A DNA stretch of 64,000 bases from a virus. This document shows positions 1 through 9,685 of the stretch, in pieces; the first letter of the stretch is position 1, and each line of letters begins with the position of its first letter. A program made the position numbers and the translations under genes. Under the pieces are notes generated by a model. The model was given only the letters and a program-made list of their open reading frames with translations. It did no database searches and was not told the DNA's origin. Location: IMG/VR virus record IMGVR_UViG_3300026097_000020, positions 3,520 through 67,519 of that record; one strand, 5' to 3'.

Positions 1-2
1 GT

Positions 3-278
3 CTTGGAGAAGACCTTGACTGGGGTTACTGGGCCGGTAAGGAAGTTGCTGGTGGAGAGGTTATTAATGATATCGATAACGAAGGCTTTACCTGGAGAGG
101 CCTTTTGTTTAGATCTGCGATCCTTAGAGAAGAACTAGACGGGGAAACTATCTACAAAGTATATACAGGGACTAACAGGATCGTAGCTGAAAGCGATAAT
201 AACTTTACGTTCCAAGATTACGAATACAATATTTATCGTAACAACAGGTGGCAACAAAATACCGTTACTGCGGTATAA
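3..278 (+). CDS. 3' end of a gene truncated by the window edge (probably a virion protein)
   Basis: Open frame from the window start to TAA at 276-278 (LGEDLDWGYW...NTVTAV); not in the ORF track because it has no start codon here. Confidence 0.6.
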   Translation, partial: LGEDLDWGYWAGKEVAGGEVINDIDNEGFTWRGLLFRSAILREELDGETIYKVYTGTNRIVAESDNNFTFQDYEYNIYRNNRWQQNTVTAV

Positions 279-296
279 TGTGGTATACTAGTGGTT

Positions 297-677
297 ATGA
301 ATAGTGGAAAACCTCGTGCACCTGGTCAAATCGGTGACACAAAAATTCAAGTTGTAAACGAAAACTTTTCTAATCTAGGAACTTATGTTTGGATTAAACC
401 AAACGGTAAAGCATTTACTGATGGAAACGGCAATGCTCTTTCTATTGAATCAATGAGAGGCGATAAGAATAAAATTAAAGAATTGCAAGATGCCGCTAAG
501 TATTGGGGGCAGCCCGAGGGTAGAGCAGAATTCTATTCTAATGCACGAAAAATTTCAGACGAAGAGCATAGCGAACAGGTAGACAGAATGTCTCAGGGGA
601 TGTTGCCTAACCTTAATGACCTTGGTGCTGTTATTGCCGCAAAGAAAACTTTAGAAACCTACGGAGACGAGGGGTAA
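297..677 (+). CDS. hypothetical phage protein upstream of portal
   Basis: ORF; TGGTATACT extended -10 at 281-289 lies 7 nt before ATG 297; stop overlaps the portal start (TAATG). Confidence 0.7.
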   Translation: MNSGKPRAPGQIGDTKIQVVNENFSNLGTYVWIKPNGKAFTDGNGNALSIESMRGDKNKIKELQDAAKYWGQPEGRAEFYSNARKISDEEHSEQVDRMSQGMLPNLNDLGAVIAAKKTLETYGDEG

Positions 678-2275
678 TGCAGCAAGAATGGACAGTCGGT
701 GCACAAATCGACGAAGTTGCCGATAATGAAAATGAGTTTAAAAGACAGGATCCGTTTGTTAAATCTTGGGACGATATTAAAACCCTAGATGGTCTTGGGC
801 AAAACTTTAAGCGTAGAGCTTCGCGTCTTGCTAAAAATGCAGAGCCTTCTGAGTCTTATTTGGATAGTGCTTTATCTACAGCATCTGGTACTGATGGGGC
901 AAAATCTAAAGAAATTAATCCAGGAACGGTTTTTCGTAATGGCTACGGAATGTTCGACGTGATTACCCCACCTTGGAATCTTTATGAGCTGGCAAACTAC
1001 TACGACACTTCTTTTGCTAATCACGCAGCAATCGATGCCAAAGTAGAAAACATCGTTGGTCTAGGATATGACCTCGAAGTTGCTAAAAGCACTATGTTGA
1101 GAATGGAGTCCAATAGTGATGCTCAAGCAGTAGAAAGAGCAAGAAATAGAATTGAAAGACTCAAGATCTCGATGCGTGAATGGTTGGAAAACCTTAACGA
1201 TGATGATTCCTTTACCAGCACTATGATGAAATTTTATACAGATGTTCAGGCAACTGGAAACGGCTACCTTGAAGTTGGCAGAACCGTTAATGGTGAGATT
1301 GGATATCTTGGTCACATCCCGGCTACCACGATGCGTGTGCGTAGACTAAAGGATGGCTACGTTCAGATTATCGGACAAAAGGTCGTATACTTTAGAAACT
1401 TTGGGGCAAAGAATGCAAACCCCATCACAACTGATGCAAGGCCAAACGAAATTATTCATTTTAAAGAATATTCTCCGCTAAACACATTCTATGGTATTCC
1501 AGACATCATGTCTGCAATTTCGTCGGTACATGGAGATCAGTTAGCATCACAGTACAACATTGACTACTTTAGCAACAAAGCAGTACCTAGATATGTCGTA
1601 ACTCTAAAAGGTGCAAAGCTTTCAGCAGATGCAGAAGATAAAATGTTTAGGTTTTTGCAGACTAATCTTAAAGGTCAGTCTCACAGAACTCTTTACATTC
1701 CTTTGCCAGGAGATAGTGACAGCAACAAGGTAGAGTTTAAGATGGAGCCCATCGAAAACGGTATCCAAGAAGCTTCATTCCGTGAGTATTCAAAACAAAA
1801 CAGAGACAACGTTTTGATGGCTCACCAAGTTCCTTTATCTAAAATTGGTGGATCAGATTCTGCAAACATTGCTGCTGCACTGGCTCAGGACAGAACGTTT
1901 AAAGAGCAGGTTGCTCGACCAGCACAGAAGAGTATTGAAAAAATTCTTAACAAGATTGTTCGGGAAAAAACAGATGTTTTAGACTTTAAGTTTAACGAGC
2001 TAACTCTAACTGATGAAATTGCACAGTCTCAGATTCTAGAAAGATATGTAAAGAATCAGATCATGGTGCCAAATGAGGCTAGAGAAGTTCTTGGTTTGCC
2101 ACAAAGACGGGATGGGGACAGCCCAATGGAAATGAGCTCAAGGCAAGCCGCAGATGCCAGAGCTAACTCGGCTCAGGATAGAGAGCGGGACACAGAAAGA
2201 TCAAACAATCAATCTGATAGCACTGCAACAATTAATGGAAGAAATGCCCAAGGAGAAGGCAGATCTTCTGAATAG
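677..2275 (+). CDS. portal protein
   Basis: 532 aa with portal motifs (GNGYLEV, EIIHFKEYSP, YGIPDI, NEAREVLGLP); first gene of the head module. Confidence 0.93.
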   Translation: MQQEWTVGAQIDEVADNENEFKRQDPFVKSWDDIKTLDGLGQNFKRRASRLAKNAEPSESYLDSALSTASGTDGAKSKEINPGTVFRNGYGMFDVITPPWNLYELANYYDTSFANHAAIDAKVENIVGLGYDLEVAKSTMLRMESNSDAQAVERARNRIERLKISMREWLENLNDDDSFTSTMMKFYTDVQATGNGYLEVGRTVNGEIGYLGHIPATTMRVRRLKDGYVQIIGQKVVYFRNFGAKNANPITTDARPNEIIHFKEYSPLNTFYGIPDIMSAISSVHGDQLASQYNIDYFSNKAVPRYVVTLKGAKLSADAEDKMFRFLQTNLKGQSHRTLYIPLPGDSDSNKVEFKMEPIENGIQEASFREYSKQNRDNVLMAHQVPLSKIGGSDSANIAAALAQDRTFKEQVARPAQKSIEKILNKIVREKTDVLDFKFNELTLTDEIAQSQILERYVKNQIMVPNEAREVLGLPQRRDGDSPMEMSSRQAADARANSAQDRERDTERSNNQSDSTATINGRNAQGEGRSSE

Positions 2276-2303
2276 TAACATTTTTATAAAGTTTTCAAAA
2301 AGG

Positions 2304-2312
2304 TGCTATAAT
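2304..2312 (+). promoter_or_regulatory. extended -10 promoter (TGCTATAAT)
   Basis: TGnTATAAT consensus in the intergenic gap before the protease gene. Confidence 0.7.
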
Positions 2313-2321
2313 TAGGATAGT

Positions 2322-3659
2322 ATGACTATGTTTAAAGCACACTGGGATACGGAAGGCGACAGCGTTCGTCTTTCTATGCCATTCAGTAAAGTTGACGAAG
2401 AGAGACGCACGGTCTCTGGTTTCGCTACCCTTGACAATGTAGATAAGCAAATGGACATTGTCACGCAAGACGCATCTGTAAAAGCTTTTGAAAAATTTCG
2501 GGGAAACATTCGTGAAATGCACCAGCCAACAGCGGTCGGCAAAATGGTCTCCTTTAAAGAGGACAAGTACTTTGATCCCGATACCAAAAAATTCTACAGT
2601 GGTGTATACGTTTCTGCATATGTATCTAAAGGTGCTCAAAGCACTTGGGAAAAGGTTTTAGATGGAACCCTTTCTGGTTTTTCTATCGGCGGTAAAATGA
2701 ACGACTGGGACGACGGCTATGATGAAAAAGCTGATTCCAAGATTCGTGTCATTAAAGATTATGATTTAGTTGAACTTTCTCTTGTAGACTCTCCTGCAAA
2801 TCAGTTTGCTAGCATTCTTTCGGTAGAGAAAGTTGACGGAGTTGACGTCCTCAAAGGCGAGGGGGTTGACGTAGTTCTCGAAAATGTATTTTGGGATCAA
2901 GAAAGTGGCCTCGTAATGTTGTCAGAAAATGAGACTGAAAAAAGTCCTACATCTGGCAAAGCGATGGACAATATCGGATTCGTTGAGAAGAACGATGACG
3001 ACAAACAAGATATGGTAAAGCTCTTAATTGATAGTGCTAAAGGCATTAATACAATTGAGATGAAAAAGGAGGTAAGTCCTATGACTGATGAAACCACTAA
3101 CCTCGAAGAGGTTGTAGAAAAATCAGATGAGGTCGCTCCAGAGGCAGATGCCGCAGCTGAAAGCGTTGAGGCTGCTGAACCAGCCGAAGCCGTAGAGGCT
3201 GAAGTTGAAAAGGCAGACGATGCTGAAGCAGAGGTTGAGGTTGAAAAAGCTGAAACCGCTGAGACCGAGGAAGTTGAAAAAGCTGACGAGGTTATCGAAG
3301 AAGCTGCTGAAGTATCCAAGTCTGATGACGAAGCTGTAGATGCAGTTGCCGACATCAAGGATACTATTACATCAGCCTTTAGCGATCTAGCAGAGACCGT
3401 AAAAGCACTACACGCCGAGGTCGATGCTCTAAAGAAATCAATTACTGGAGTTTCGGAAGAAGTTGCTGCTACCAAGCAGGAAGTTACCGAAGCAAAGGGA
3501 CAGTTTGATGAGTTTGGAAAGCGTGTTGACGCAGTTGAGCAAGACACTGCTTTCCGCAAATCTGGCGATCTAGGCGAGATCGTGCAGGATGAACCAGAAA
3601 TGGTTCAAAAATCCCTATGGGGCGGTCGTTTCCTCAAAACTGCCGACTTATTTAGATAA
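2322..3659 (+). CDS. prohead protease (HK97-like) fused to acidic scaffold domain
   Basis: N-terminal protease motifs (VSGFAT..VD, IREMH, GFSIGG, ELSLVDSPAN); C-terminal acidic coiled-coil with repeated VEK(A/S). Confidence 0.9.
   Translation: MTMFKAHWDTEGDSVRLSMPFSKVDEERRTVSGFATLDNVDKQMDIVTQDASVKAFEKFRGNIREMHQPTAVGKMVSFKEDKYFDPDTKKFYSGVYVSAYVSKGAQSTWEKVLDGTLSGFSIGGKMNDWDDGYDEKADSKIRVIKDYDLVELSLVDSPANQFASILSVEKVDGVDVLKGEGVDVVLENVFWDQESGLVMLSENETEKSPTSGKAMDNIGFVEKNDDDKQDMVKLLIDSAKGINTIEMKKEVSPMTDETTNLEEVVEKSDEVAPEADAAAESVEAAEPAEAVEAEVEKADDAEAEVEVEKAETAETEEVEKADEVIEEAAEVSKSDDEAVDAVADIKDTITSAFSDLAETVKALHAEVDALKKSITGVSEEVAATKQEVTEAKGQFDEFGKRVDAVEQDTAFRKSGDLGEIVQDEPEMVQKSLWGGRFLKTADLFR
3081..3659 (+). 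CDS. putative nested scaffold protein (in-frame internal start)
   Basis: Strong Shine-Dalgarno AAGGAGGT at 3066-3073 before in-frame ATG 3081, at the start of the acidic domain. Confidence 0.6.
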   Translation: MTDETTNLEEVVEKSDEVAPEADAAAESVEAAEPAEAVEAEVEKADDAEAEVEVEKAETAETEEVEKADEVIEEAAEVSKSDDEAVDAVADIKDTITSAFSDLAETVKALHAEVDALKKSITGVSEEVAATKQEVTEAKGQFDEFGKRVDAVEQDTAFRKSGDLGEIVQDEPEMVQKSLWGGRFLKTADLFR

Positions 3660-3682
3660 GTAAATCACTTAGGAGGTGACAA

Positions 3683-4816
3683 ATGTCGGAAGAGATCAAG
3701 AAAAATCAGCCAGGTGAAAGTGGCGAACTAGGAGGAACTACTCCTGGTAATTTCCAAGGCCAAGGTGCTTTTGCATCTGGTGGAATTGGTGGCGTTACAG
3801 ACCCTGGTGCTGACACACTTGGTAACATTCCTAATGCCGAGTTCGGTCTTACTACTGGCCCAAACGCAGTTAATCCTTCGGGTGATGCAGCTAGTGGTAT
3901 TCTCCGTCCCGAGCAAGCACGTCGTTTTATCGACTATGTTTGGGATGGCACTGTTCTCGCCAAGGATGGTCGCCGCGTAACTATGCGGGCCAACACAATG
4001 GAACTAGAGAAGGTCAATGTCGGGGAGCGCGTTATTCGTGCTGCTAGCCAGGGCATTGGTGACTACACCAACACTGGTGCAACCTTCTCAAAGGTTGAAC
4101 TAACCACTAAAAAGATCCGTCTGGACTGGGAAGTTTCTGCAGAGGCACTCGAAGATAACATCGAGGGTGCAGCTCTAGAAGATCACCTAGTTCGTTTGAT
4201 GACAAATGCATTTGCAAATGACATCGAGGATCTAGCCATTAATGGTGACGGTTCTACTGGTAACTTCTTGTCCATCATGGATGGGTTTGTTAACAGAGAA
4301 AAGACTGGTGGCGACGCCCACGAGTCTGTTGTAACTGTAACTAACGATGAGTGGACTCCAACCGTAATGCAGGACATTATTCTTGCCATGCCCCGCAAGT
4401 ACCGCGCACTTAAGAACAACCTTAAGTTCTACGCTGGTACCGATGCATTCCAGGGCATTGTAAAGAACAATGGTACTCTCGCTGATGCAGTTGCCGAGGC
4501 TATTGCTGGACAGGTTCCAGGTAGCACACAGGCTAACCGTCAGAATTACCTCGATGGCGTTGGCCAGACATTTGGTGGTGCTCGCACCACTCGTGTTCTC
4601 GGTATCGACGTTCAGGAAGTTCCTTACTACCCAGATGGTTTCGTGGACCTCACATTCCCCGCAAACCGTATTTGGGGCTTCCAGCGCGACATCGTTGTAA
4701 ACCGTGAGTATGTTGCAAAGAAAGACACTATTGAGTACACCGTATTCGTACGTTTCGGTATTCAGTGGGAGGAAGAAGACGCTATTGCATTTGCCGATGC
4801 AGCAGCAGACTCCTAA
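3683..4816 (+). CDS. major capsid protein (HK97 fold)
   Basis: 377 aa after the protease, AGGAGG RBS, motifs GILRPEQARRFID, EALEDNIEG, DIEDLAINGD; followed by a terminator. Confidence 0.9.
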   Translation: MSEEIKKNQPGESGELGGTTPGNFQGQGAFASGGIGGVTDPGADTLGNIPNAEFGLTTGPNAVNPSGDAASGILRPEQARRFIDYVWDGTVLAKDGRRVTMRANTMELEKVNVGERVIRAASQGIGDYTNTGATFSKVELTTKKIRLDWEVSAEALEDNIEGAALEDHLVRLMTNAFANDIEDLAINGDGSTGNFLSIMDGFVNREKTGGDAHESVVTVTNDEWTPTVMQDIILAMPRKYRALKNNLKFYAGTDAFQGIVKNNGTLADAVAEAIAGQVPGSTQANRQNYLDGVGQTFGGARTTRVLGIDVQEVPYYPDGFVDLTFPANRIWGFQRDIVVNREYVAKKDTIEYTVFVRFGIQWEEEDAIAFADAAADS

Positions 4817-4831
4817 TCCTTAAAGTCACAC

Positions 4832-4869
4832 AATTGAGGGGGCAGGGTTTATACTCTGCCCCCTTAATT
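4832..4869 (+). terminator. intrinsic terminator hairpin
   Basis: AATTGAGGGGGCAGGGT / ACTCTGCCCCCTTAATT inverted repeat right after the capsid stop. Confidence 0.8.
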
Positions 4870-4885
4870 ATTCTGTTATAATATT

Positions 4886-5344
4886 ATGAGGGAGGAAGAT
4901 TATATGACATCAAAAAAAGAAACTTCTACAGCTAAGCTAGCAGACGGCGAAGCCGTTATTACAGAAGAGATGGCAGAGAAATACAAAAAGGCAGTAAAAA
5001 AACAACAGACTAAACTTGACGAGACGGCAGAAGACAAAGGAGTAATTACTGCACCAAACAAACCTGGTGCTGGTGGTAAGAAAAAGTCTTCGCTTGGTGG
5101 GGCGACCGATACCGATGTTATCGGTTCTGCAGGTGCTAAAACTCCTGCAAAGCCAACCGCAAAAGCGGGGCAGAAGAAAGCAACCGTTGCCCTTTATTCT
5201 GATCGTAATGTTTCTTGGAACGGTGTTGGTAAACTTGAAAAAGGATACAACATTGTTTCTAAAGAACAGGCAGCCAGATGGCTGACACGTAATCATGTAA
5301 GAGAGGCTACGCCAGAAGAGGTTGCTTCAGAATACGGAGCATAG
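4886..5344 (+). CDS. hypothetical head-associated protein (basic, low complexity N-half)
   Basis: ORF between capsid and adaptor; TGTTATAAT at 4874-4882; start may instead be ATG 4904 (GGAGG RBS). Confidence 0.65.
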   Translation: MREEDYMTSKKETSTAKLADGEAVITEEMAEKYKKAVKKQQTKLDETAEDKGVITAPNKPGAGGKKKSSLGGATDTDVIGSAGAKTPAKPTAKAGQKKATVALYSDRNVSWNGVGKLEKGYNIVSKEQAARWLTRNHVREATPEEVASEYGA

Positions 5345-5345
5345 T

Positions 5346-6224
5346 ATGGAAATTTTGAGGCTTACCTCAACAACACCACAAGTAACCATTGAAGTTACAG
5401 ATCCAAATACGGAGTACGGATATTCTGTTTTGGATATGTCGGATGCCTCAACAGTTAGCGGTAACGTTACCTCAGATAATAGCTCCGAAGTTGTAATATC
5501 TTTTAGCAAAGACTACGACTCCGAATATCGAGTAACAATCGATGGCACTGAATATTTCTATACTGTAGTTAGGCCATATGTTGATCCCAATACTCTTGGC
5601 AGCACATCAACAGAAGTAGCCGAATATACTCAACATGAAGAGCTGGCCAGGGCAATAATTGATTCTGTTGTAATTGAAGGTTTTTATTATCAAAAGAAAG
5701 TTATTCAAACAGTGGGCTTGGGGGCAGACTACCTACCCCTTTGGGCTAATGTAAAGAAACTTAATAAACTTTACGAAAACAATACCCTAGTTTATGATGC
5801 TTCAGATCCAGACTCTTACGAAATGAGTTATAAGCTAACAGATGACAAAACTGCAATTACTATAGATTATGACGGAATGATTAACAGGGCAGAAGGAGCA
5901 AATCTTGTTCTGCCTCAGGCAATGTCAGATCTTTGGGACATGCATTTTGGATACAGAGGTTTTGCAAAAACATTTGATTACACATTAAACGTTGAAGTTG
6001 GCTATAAGAGAATACCCTCAGAAATTTCTAGAGCGGCGACACTCCTTGTAGAAGATATTAAATGCAACAAGCTAGAGTATGTTGAAAGATACGTCAAAGA
6101 TTACAATACAGATCAGTTTAAAATCAAGTTTGATGATCGAGTTTTCGAGGGTACCGGCAACATGATCGTAGATAAAATTCTTTCTAAATATGCCAAGTCT
6201 ATTAGGACAATCGGAGTTCTGTAA
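5346..6224 (+). CDS. head-tail adaptor protein
   Basis: Position in the head module; C-terminal GY..IPSEISRAATLL...VDKILSKY resembles gp6/gp15-type adaptors. Confidence 0.65.
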   Translation: MEILRLTSTTPQVTIEVTDPNTEYGYSVLDMSDASTVSGNVTSDNSSEVVISFSKDYDSEYRVTIDGTEYFYTVVRPYVDPNTLGSTSTEVAEYTQHEELARAIIDSVVIEGFYYQKKVIQTVGLGADYLPLWANVKKLNKLYENNTLVYDASDPDSYEMSYKLTDDKTAITIDYDGMINRAEGANLVLPQAMSDLWDMHFGYRGFAKTFDYTLNVEVGYKRIPSEISRAATLLVEDIKCNKLEYVERYVKDYNTDQFKIKFDDRVFEGTGNMIVDKILSKYAKSIRTIGVL

Positions 6225-6673
6225 TGGTTGCCTGTGAAGACACAGACTTCATGTTTCCCATGCTAGCTGATATATATCACCCCACTATGGAACAAAGTTC
6301 TTATGGTGGCGTTGCTAAGACCTGGATGTTAGATAGAACAATTGCGGGTAACTTTTCTCCAGCAGGAGCAGAAACGAAAGAAGAACTTGTTGTAAATGTA
6401 GACCTAACTCAAGACTCTTTGATCCTCGGCAGAATACGTTCAGACCTCAGAATTTCTGACAGAGAAGACTCAAATTCTTTAACTAGCATCTTAATAACTA
6501 ATATTAGAAGTGCTTCGGGGGACACTATTTATTCTGAAACAGCTGGCCCCAGGGCAAACAAGGCCACAATCTATGAGGTAGCAACCCAACAGCCATTCGT
6601 AAATCCTTTTGGAAAAATCGAACACTACAGGGTTATTCTGAGAAGATCAGAAAATCAGGGGGTCATCTCTTGA
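6224..6673 (+). CDS. head closure / stopper protein
   Basis: 149 aa, beta-rich, follows the adaptor, overlapping start/stop. Confidence 0.6.
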   Translation: MVACEDTDFMFPMLADIYHPTMEQSSYGGVAKTWMLDRTIAGNFSPAGAETKEELVVNVDLTQDSLILGRIRSDLRISDREDSNSLTSILITNIRSASGDTIYSETAGPRANKATIYEVATQQPFVNPFGKIEHYRVILRRSENQGVIS

Positions 6674-7347
6674 TAAGGGTTACCTTTCATGCAAACGAGT
6701 TTGCAAAAGATATGAAGAATATAATTGGCTATGCAGAGGGATTTTTGCAGGGGGCAGAGTCAGGCAAGACAGCAATGATAGATAGTCTAGGCAAAGAGGC
6801 TATAGAAGAATTAAAAAACTATATTGATATTAACGCAAGAGTCAGTCCAATGACCTTGCACCATGTTTATGAATGGTATCAAACAGGTAGTCCGGCAGCC
6901 AGACTATTTGATATTGATTACAGAACCATTGCTGGATCTGGCTTAACAGTTAATTCTACTTTTCGCCAGTCCATGACCGTAAGCAGTGGCTCTAAAGTTC
7001 CATTTTATAATAAAGCAAGAATTATGGAAGAAGGCGTTCCAGTTGTTATCAGACCTAAAAGATCAGAAGTTTTGGTTTTTGAAAAAGATGGAGAGAAAAT
7101 CTTTACAAGAAAGCCAGTAACTGTTGTAGATCCTGGTGGAGAGGCGGTACAGGGAGGGTATGAAAGAGTTTTTGATGCATTTTTTAATCAGTACTTTACG
7201 CAATCATTCTTAAGACACAGCGGGATTATGAGAAATTTGGATAACCCAACTCCATTTTCTGCTAACTTTGGAAAAGCAAAACGAGGCGGCAAATCTGCGG
7301 GAATGTCTGTGGGATATAGATGGATGACACAAGGAGATATCGCATGA
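6670..7347 (+). CDS. neck / tail completion protein
   Basis: Synteny; motif ARIMEEG.PVVIRPK..VLVF...FTRKPV..PGG typical of neck proteins. Confidence 0.55.
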   Translation: MIRVTFHANEFAKDMKNIIGYAEGFLQGAESGKTAMIDSLGKEAIEELKNYIDINARVSPMTLHHVYEWYQTGSPAARLFDIDYRTIAGSGLTVNSTFRQSMTVSSGSKVPFYNKARIMEEGVPVVIRPKRSEVLVFEKDGEKIFTRKPVTVVDPGGEAVQGGYERVFDAFFNQYFTQSFLRHSGIMRNLDNPTPFSANFGKAKRGGKSAGMSVGYRWMTQGDIA

Positions 7348-8144
7348 GTCCGGTAACCAATCCAGCAGTAATGATTAATCATTATTTAGCTTATCAAGTA
7401 AAAGAGATACTTGGCAACTATTTTGGTATGCCAATGTTTTTTCTTCCCTCTACACCAACAGACATTCAGTCTTTATATGAAGGATTTCCTGCAGCCAGCG
7501 AAGATCAGCCTTTTGCTGTTTATGAAAGAATGTTTAAGATGCGTAAGGGATCATTTCCTCACTGTAAGTGCGAACAGCTTCTGTACTATATTTATAAAAA
7601 TGGTTCACTTTCTGATGCAGAACAGGCAGCGGTACTTTTTGAAACAACACAGCTAATTTATGATCTTATGGATCGTGGAGACGAATCAGCTCAAGAAGTA
7701 AATGCTTGGCAAATCGCTAGCCTTAACTCAAACGGAAAGTATCAGCCAGTAGAAAACGGAACAGAATTCAATCCAGTCTTTTTTCACGAAACTAAAGTCT
7801 TTCAATTAGAAGAGACCAGAGATATTATTGATTTTGCTACAGCTAAAACCTACTTTGGAAATAAGATTATTGTTGACTACGAGTATCACGCTCAAGATTT
7901 CAATAATGCAAAGCCGACAACAAAAAATATTTTAGATGCAGTGTGGGCTGGGGCGTGGAATTCATCAGCCACATACGATTTACTAGACGTGGTAAGTTAT
8001 TCTAATAACAATTGGTTGGCCGTAGAAGAAAATACAAATCAGGCACCGCCAGACAGTCTTTCTTGGAGAAAGATTGTTACAGAATTTAACACAAATAATA
8101 TACCAAGATCTATAACAGTACAAAACGTGCCACCAATAGACTGA
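7344..8144 (+). CDS. tail terminator-like protein with C-terminal CBM5/12-like module
   Basis: Directly before the tail tube gene; AGGAG RBS before ATG 7344; C-terminal W.GAW....TY...DVVSY....W.A...N....P....W pattern. Confidence 0.55.
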   Translation: MSPVTNPAVMINHYLAYQVKEILGNYFGMPMFFLPSTPTDIQSLYEGFPAASEDQPFAVYERMFKMRKGSFPHCKCEQLLYYIYKNGSLSDAEQAAVLFETTQLIYDLMDRGDESAQEVNAWQIASLNSNGKYQPVENGTEFNPVFFHETKVFQLEETRDIIDFATAKTYFGNKIIVDYEYHAQDFNNAKPTTKNILDAVWAGAWNSSATYDLLDVVSYSNNNWLAVEENTNQAPPDSLSWRKIVTEFNTNNIPRSITVQNVPPID

Positions 8145-8218
8145 ATTAATTATTCTATAAAACGGCTGTTATACTTATAACGAGGAAACGCGCCTACTAC
8201 TTCAAAACGAAAGAAGAG

Positions 8219-8884
8219 GTGAAAAATATGGCATATTCACGCGGTTCAAGTGCAAACATCATTGTTGGTGCAGCTGCACTTTTCACGTATGAGCCAGCTA
8301 GCGGTGCAAGCCTGCTTAGCGATGCCGACCTACCCGACGTTGTAGAAGACGTTACCTACAAAGACACTTTGCAGGATGACGCCGAATACCGTAACGTTGG
8401 ATACACCATGAACGGTTTGGAAGTTGTCTTCCAGCCCGACTTTGGTGAGGTTCAGGTCGATCAGCTACTTGACGTAGCTCGACTCTACAAGCAGGGAATG
8501 CAGGTTAACCTTAACACTGCCTTTGCTGAGTCAACACTTGAGAACCTTCTGTTTGCTATTGCTGGTAAGGACGAAGACCTTGCTACCGCTGGCTCCGGAG
8601 AGTTCGCAGAGGGCAACCCAGTTATGAATCTTTCTGCTGGTGACATTGGAGAATGTCCCGTAGAGCGCGGTCTCGTAGCTGTTGGTCCAGGTACTGGTGA
8701 CTGTGAAATCGGTCAGGGCATTGAGCGCATTTATGCTGCTTACCGTGCTCTATCAATCGAAAACGTAACAGTTTCCGCTAAGCGTGACGAGCCTACAATG
8801 TACGAAGTTTCTTTCCGTTTGCTACCAAACGACAGTGCTTCTTACGGTAAAATTGTAGACCGTACGCTAAACCTAGTATCATAA
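8219..8884 (+). CDS. major tail tube protein
   Basis: Motifs IIVGAA, VGYTMNGLEV.FQPDFGEVQVDQ, FRLLP; promoter TGTTATACT at 8167-8175; start may be ATG 8228. Confidence 0.85.
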   Translation: MKNMAYSRGSSANIIVGAAALFTYEPASGASLLSDADLPDVVEDVTYKDTLQDDAEYRNVGYTMNGLEVVFQPDFGEVQVDQLLDVARLYKQGMQVNLNTAFAESTLENLLFAIAGKDEDLATAGSGEFAEGNPVMNLSAGDIGECPVERGLVAVGPGTGDCEIGQGIERIYAAYRALSIENVTVSAKRDEPTMYEVSFRLLPNDSASYGKIVDRTLNLVS

Positions 8885-8908
8885 TAATTTAATATAATTT
8901 AATAGCTT

Positions 8909-8939
8909 AACTGCCCAGGCATTTTGTCTGGGCAGTTTT
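8909..8939 (+). terminator. intrinsic terminator
   Basis: AACTGCCCAGGC-ATTTT-GTCTGGGCAGTT hairpin plus T tract. Confidence 0.8.
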
Positions 8940-8953
8940 GCTATAATATATAG

Positions 8954-9637
8954 ATGGCTACTAAAATTTATGAAACTGCAACAATACATCTAGTTGACGG
9001 AACAGAACTTTACATTATTCCCTTAAAGCTAAAATATCTTAGAGAGTTTATGGAAACCTTTGAGTTTGTCAAAAAGGCAGAAGATGACTTTGAGGCAATG
9101 ACTTATCTTGCAGATTGTGCAAGAGTAGCCATGAAGCAATATTATCCATCTATCAAAACTTTAGAAGATGTGGAAGATAATATAGATATGCCAACAGTTT
9201 ATTCTATTATAGATATTGCTGCGGGAATTAAAATAAAAAATCAAGAATCGGAAATTAAAGAGCAAGCGACTGATAGTGGATCTACATGGGATGATCTAGA
9301 TCTTGCAAAGATTGAGGCAGAAGTTTTTCTTCTTGGTATTTGGAAAGACTATGAAGATCTAGAAACTTCAATGTCTATGCCAGAAATTATATCTACCCTC
9401 GGATCTAAAAGAGATCTTGACTATGAAGAAAAAAAGTTTTTGGCAGCAATTCAGGGCGTTGATCTGGATAAAAATGGCGGCAACTCAGAACAAAATAAAT
9501 GGGAAGAGATGAAGGCCAGGGTATTTAGTGGTGGACAAACCAATGATCCTAATGATATAGTATCTTATCAGGGTACTAAGGCTCAACAGAATGGCTTTGG
9601 GATAGGCCTGGGGCTTAATTATGAAAAAATTAGTTAA
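8954..9637 (+). CDS. tail assembly chaperone, long (GT-like) form
   Basis: Between tube and tape measure; N-terminal ~95 aa paralogous to the next gene; TGCTATAAT at 8939-8947, 6 nt before ATG. Confidence 0.75.
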   Translation: MATKIYETATIHLVDGTELYIIPLKLKYLREFMETFEFVKKAEDDFEAMTYLADCARVAMKQYYPSIKTLEDVEDNIDMPTVYSIIDIAAGIKIKNQESEIKEQATDSGSTWDDLDLAKIEAEVFLLGIWKDYEDLETSMSMPEIISTLGSKRDLDYEEKKFLAAIQGVDLDKNGGNSEQNKWEEMKARVFSGGQTNDPNDIVSYQGTKAQQNGFGIGLGLNYEKIS

Positions 9638-9685
9638 GTGATTGTGTTATAATTAATAGTGCCTTTAGAAAGGAAAACACAAAAA

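Noticed and set aside
2897-3559. 220-aa minus-strand Ser/Ala-rich ORF
   Set aside because: Antisense shadow of the low-complexity GAA/GCT-rich scaffold region; no RBS or promoter
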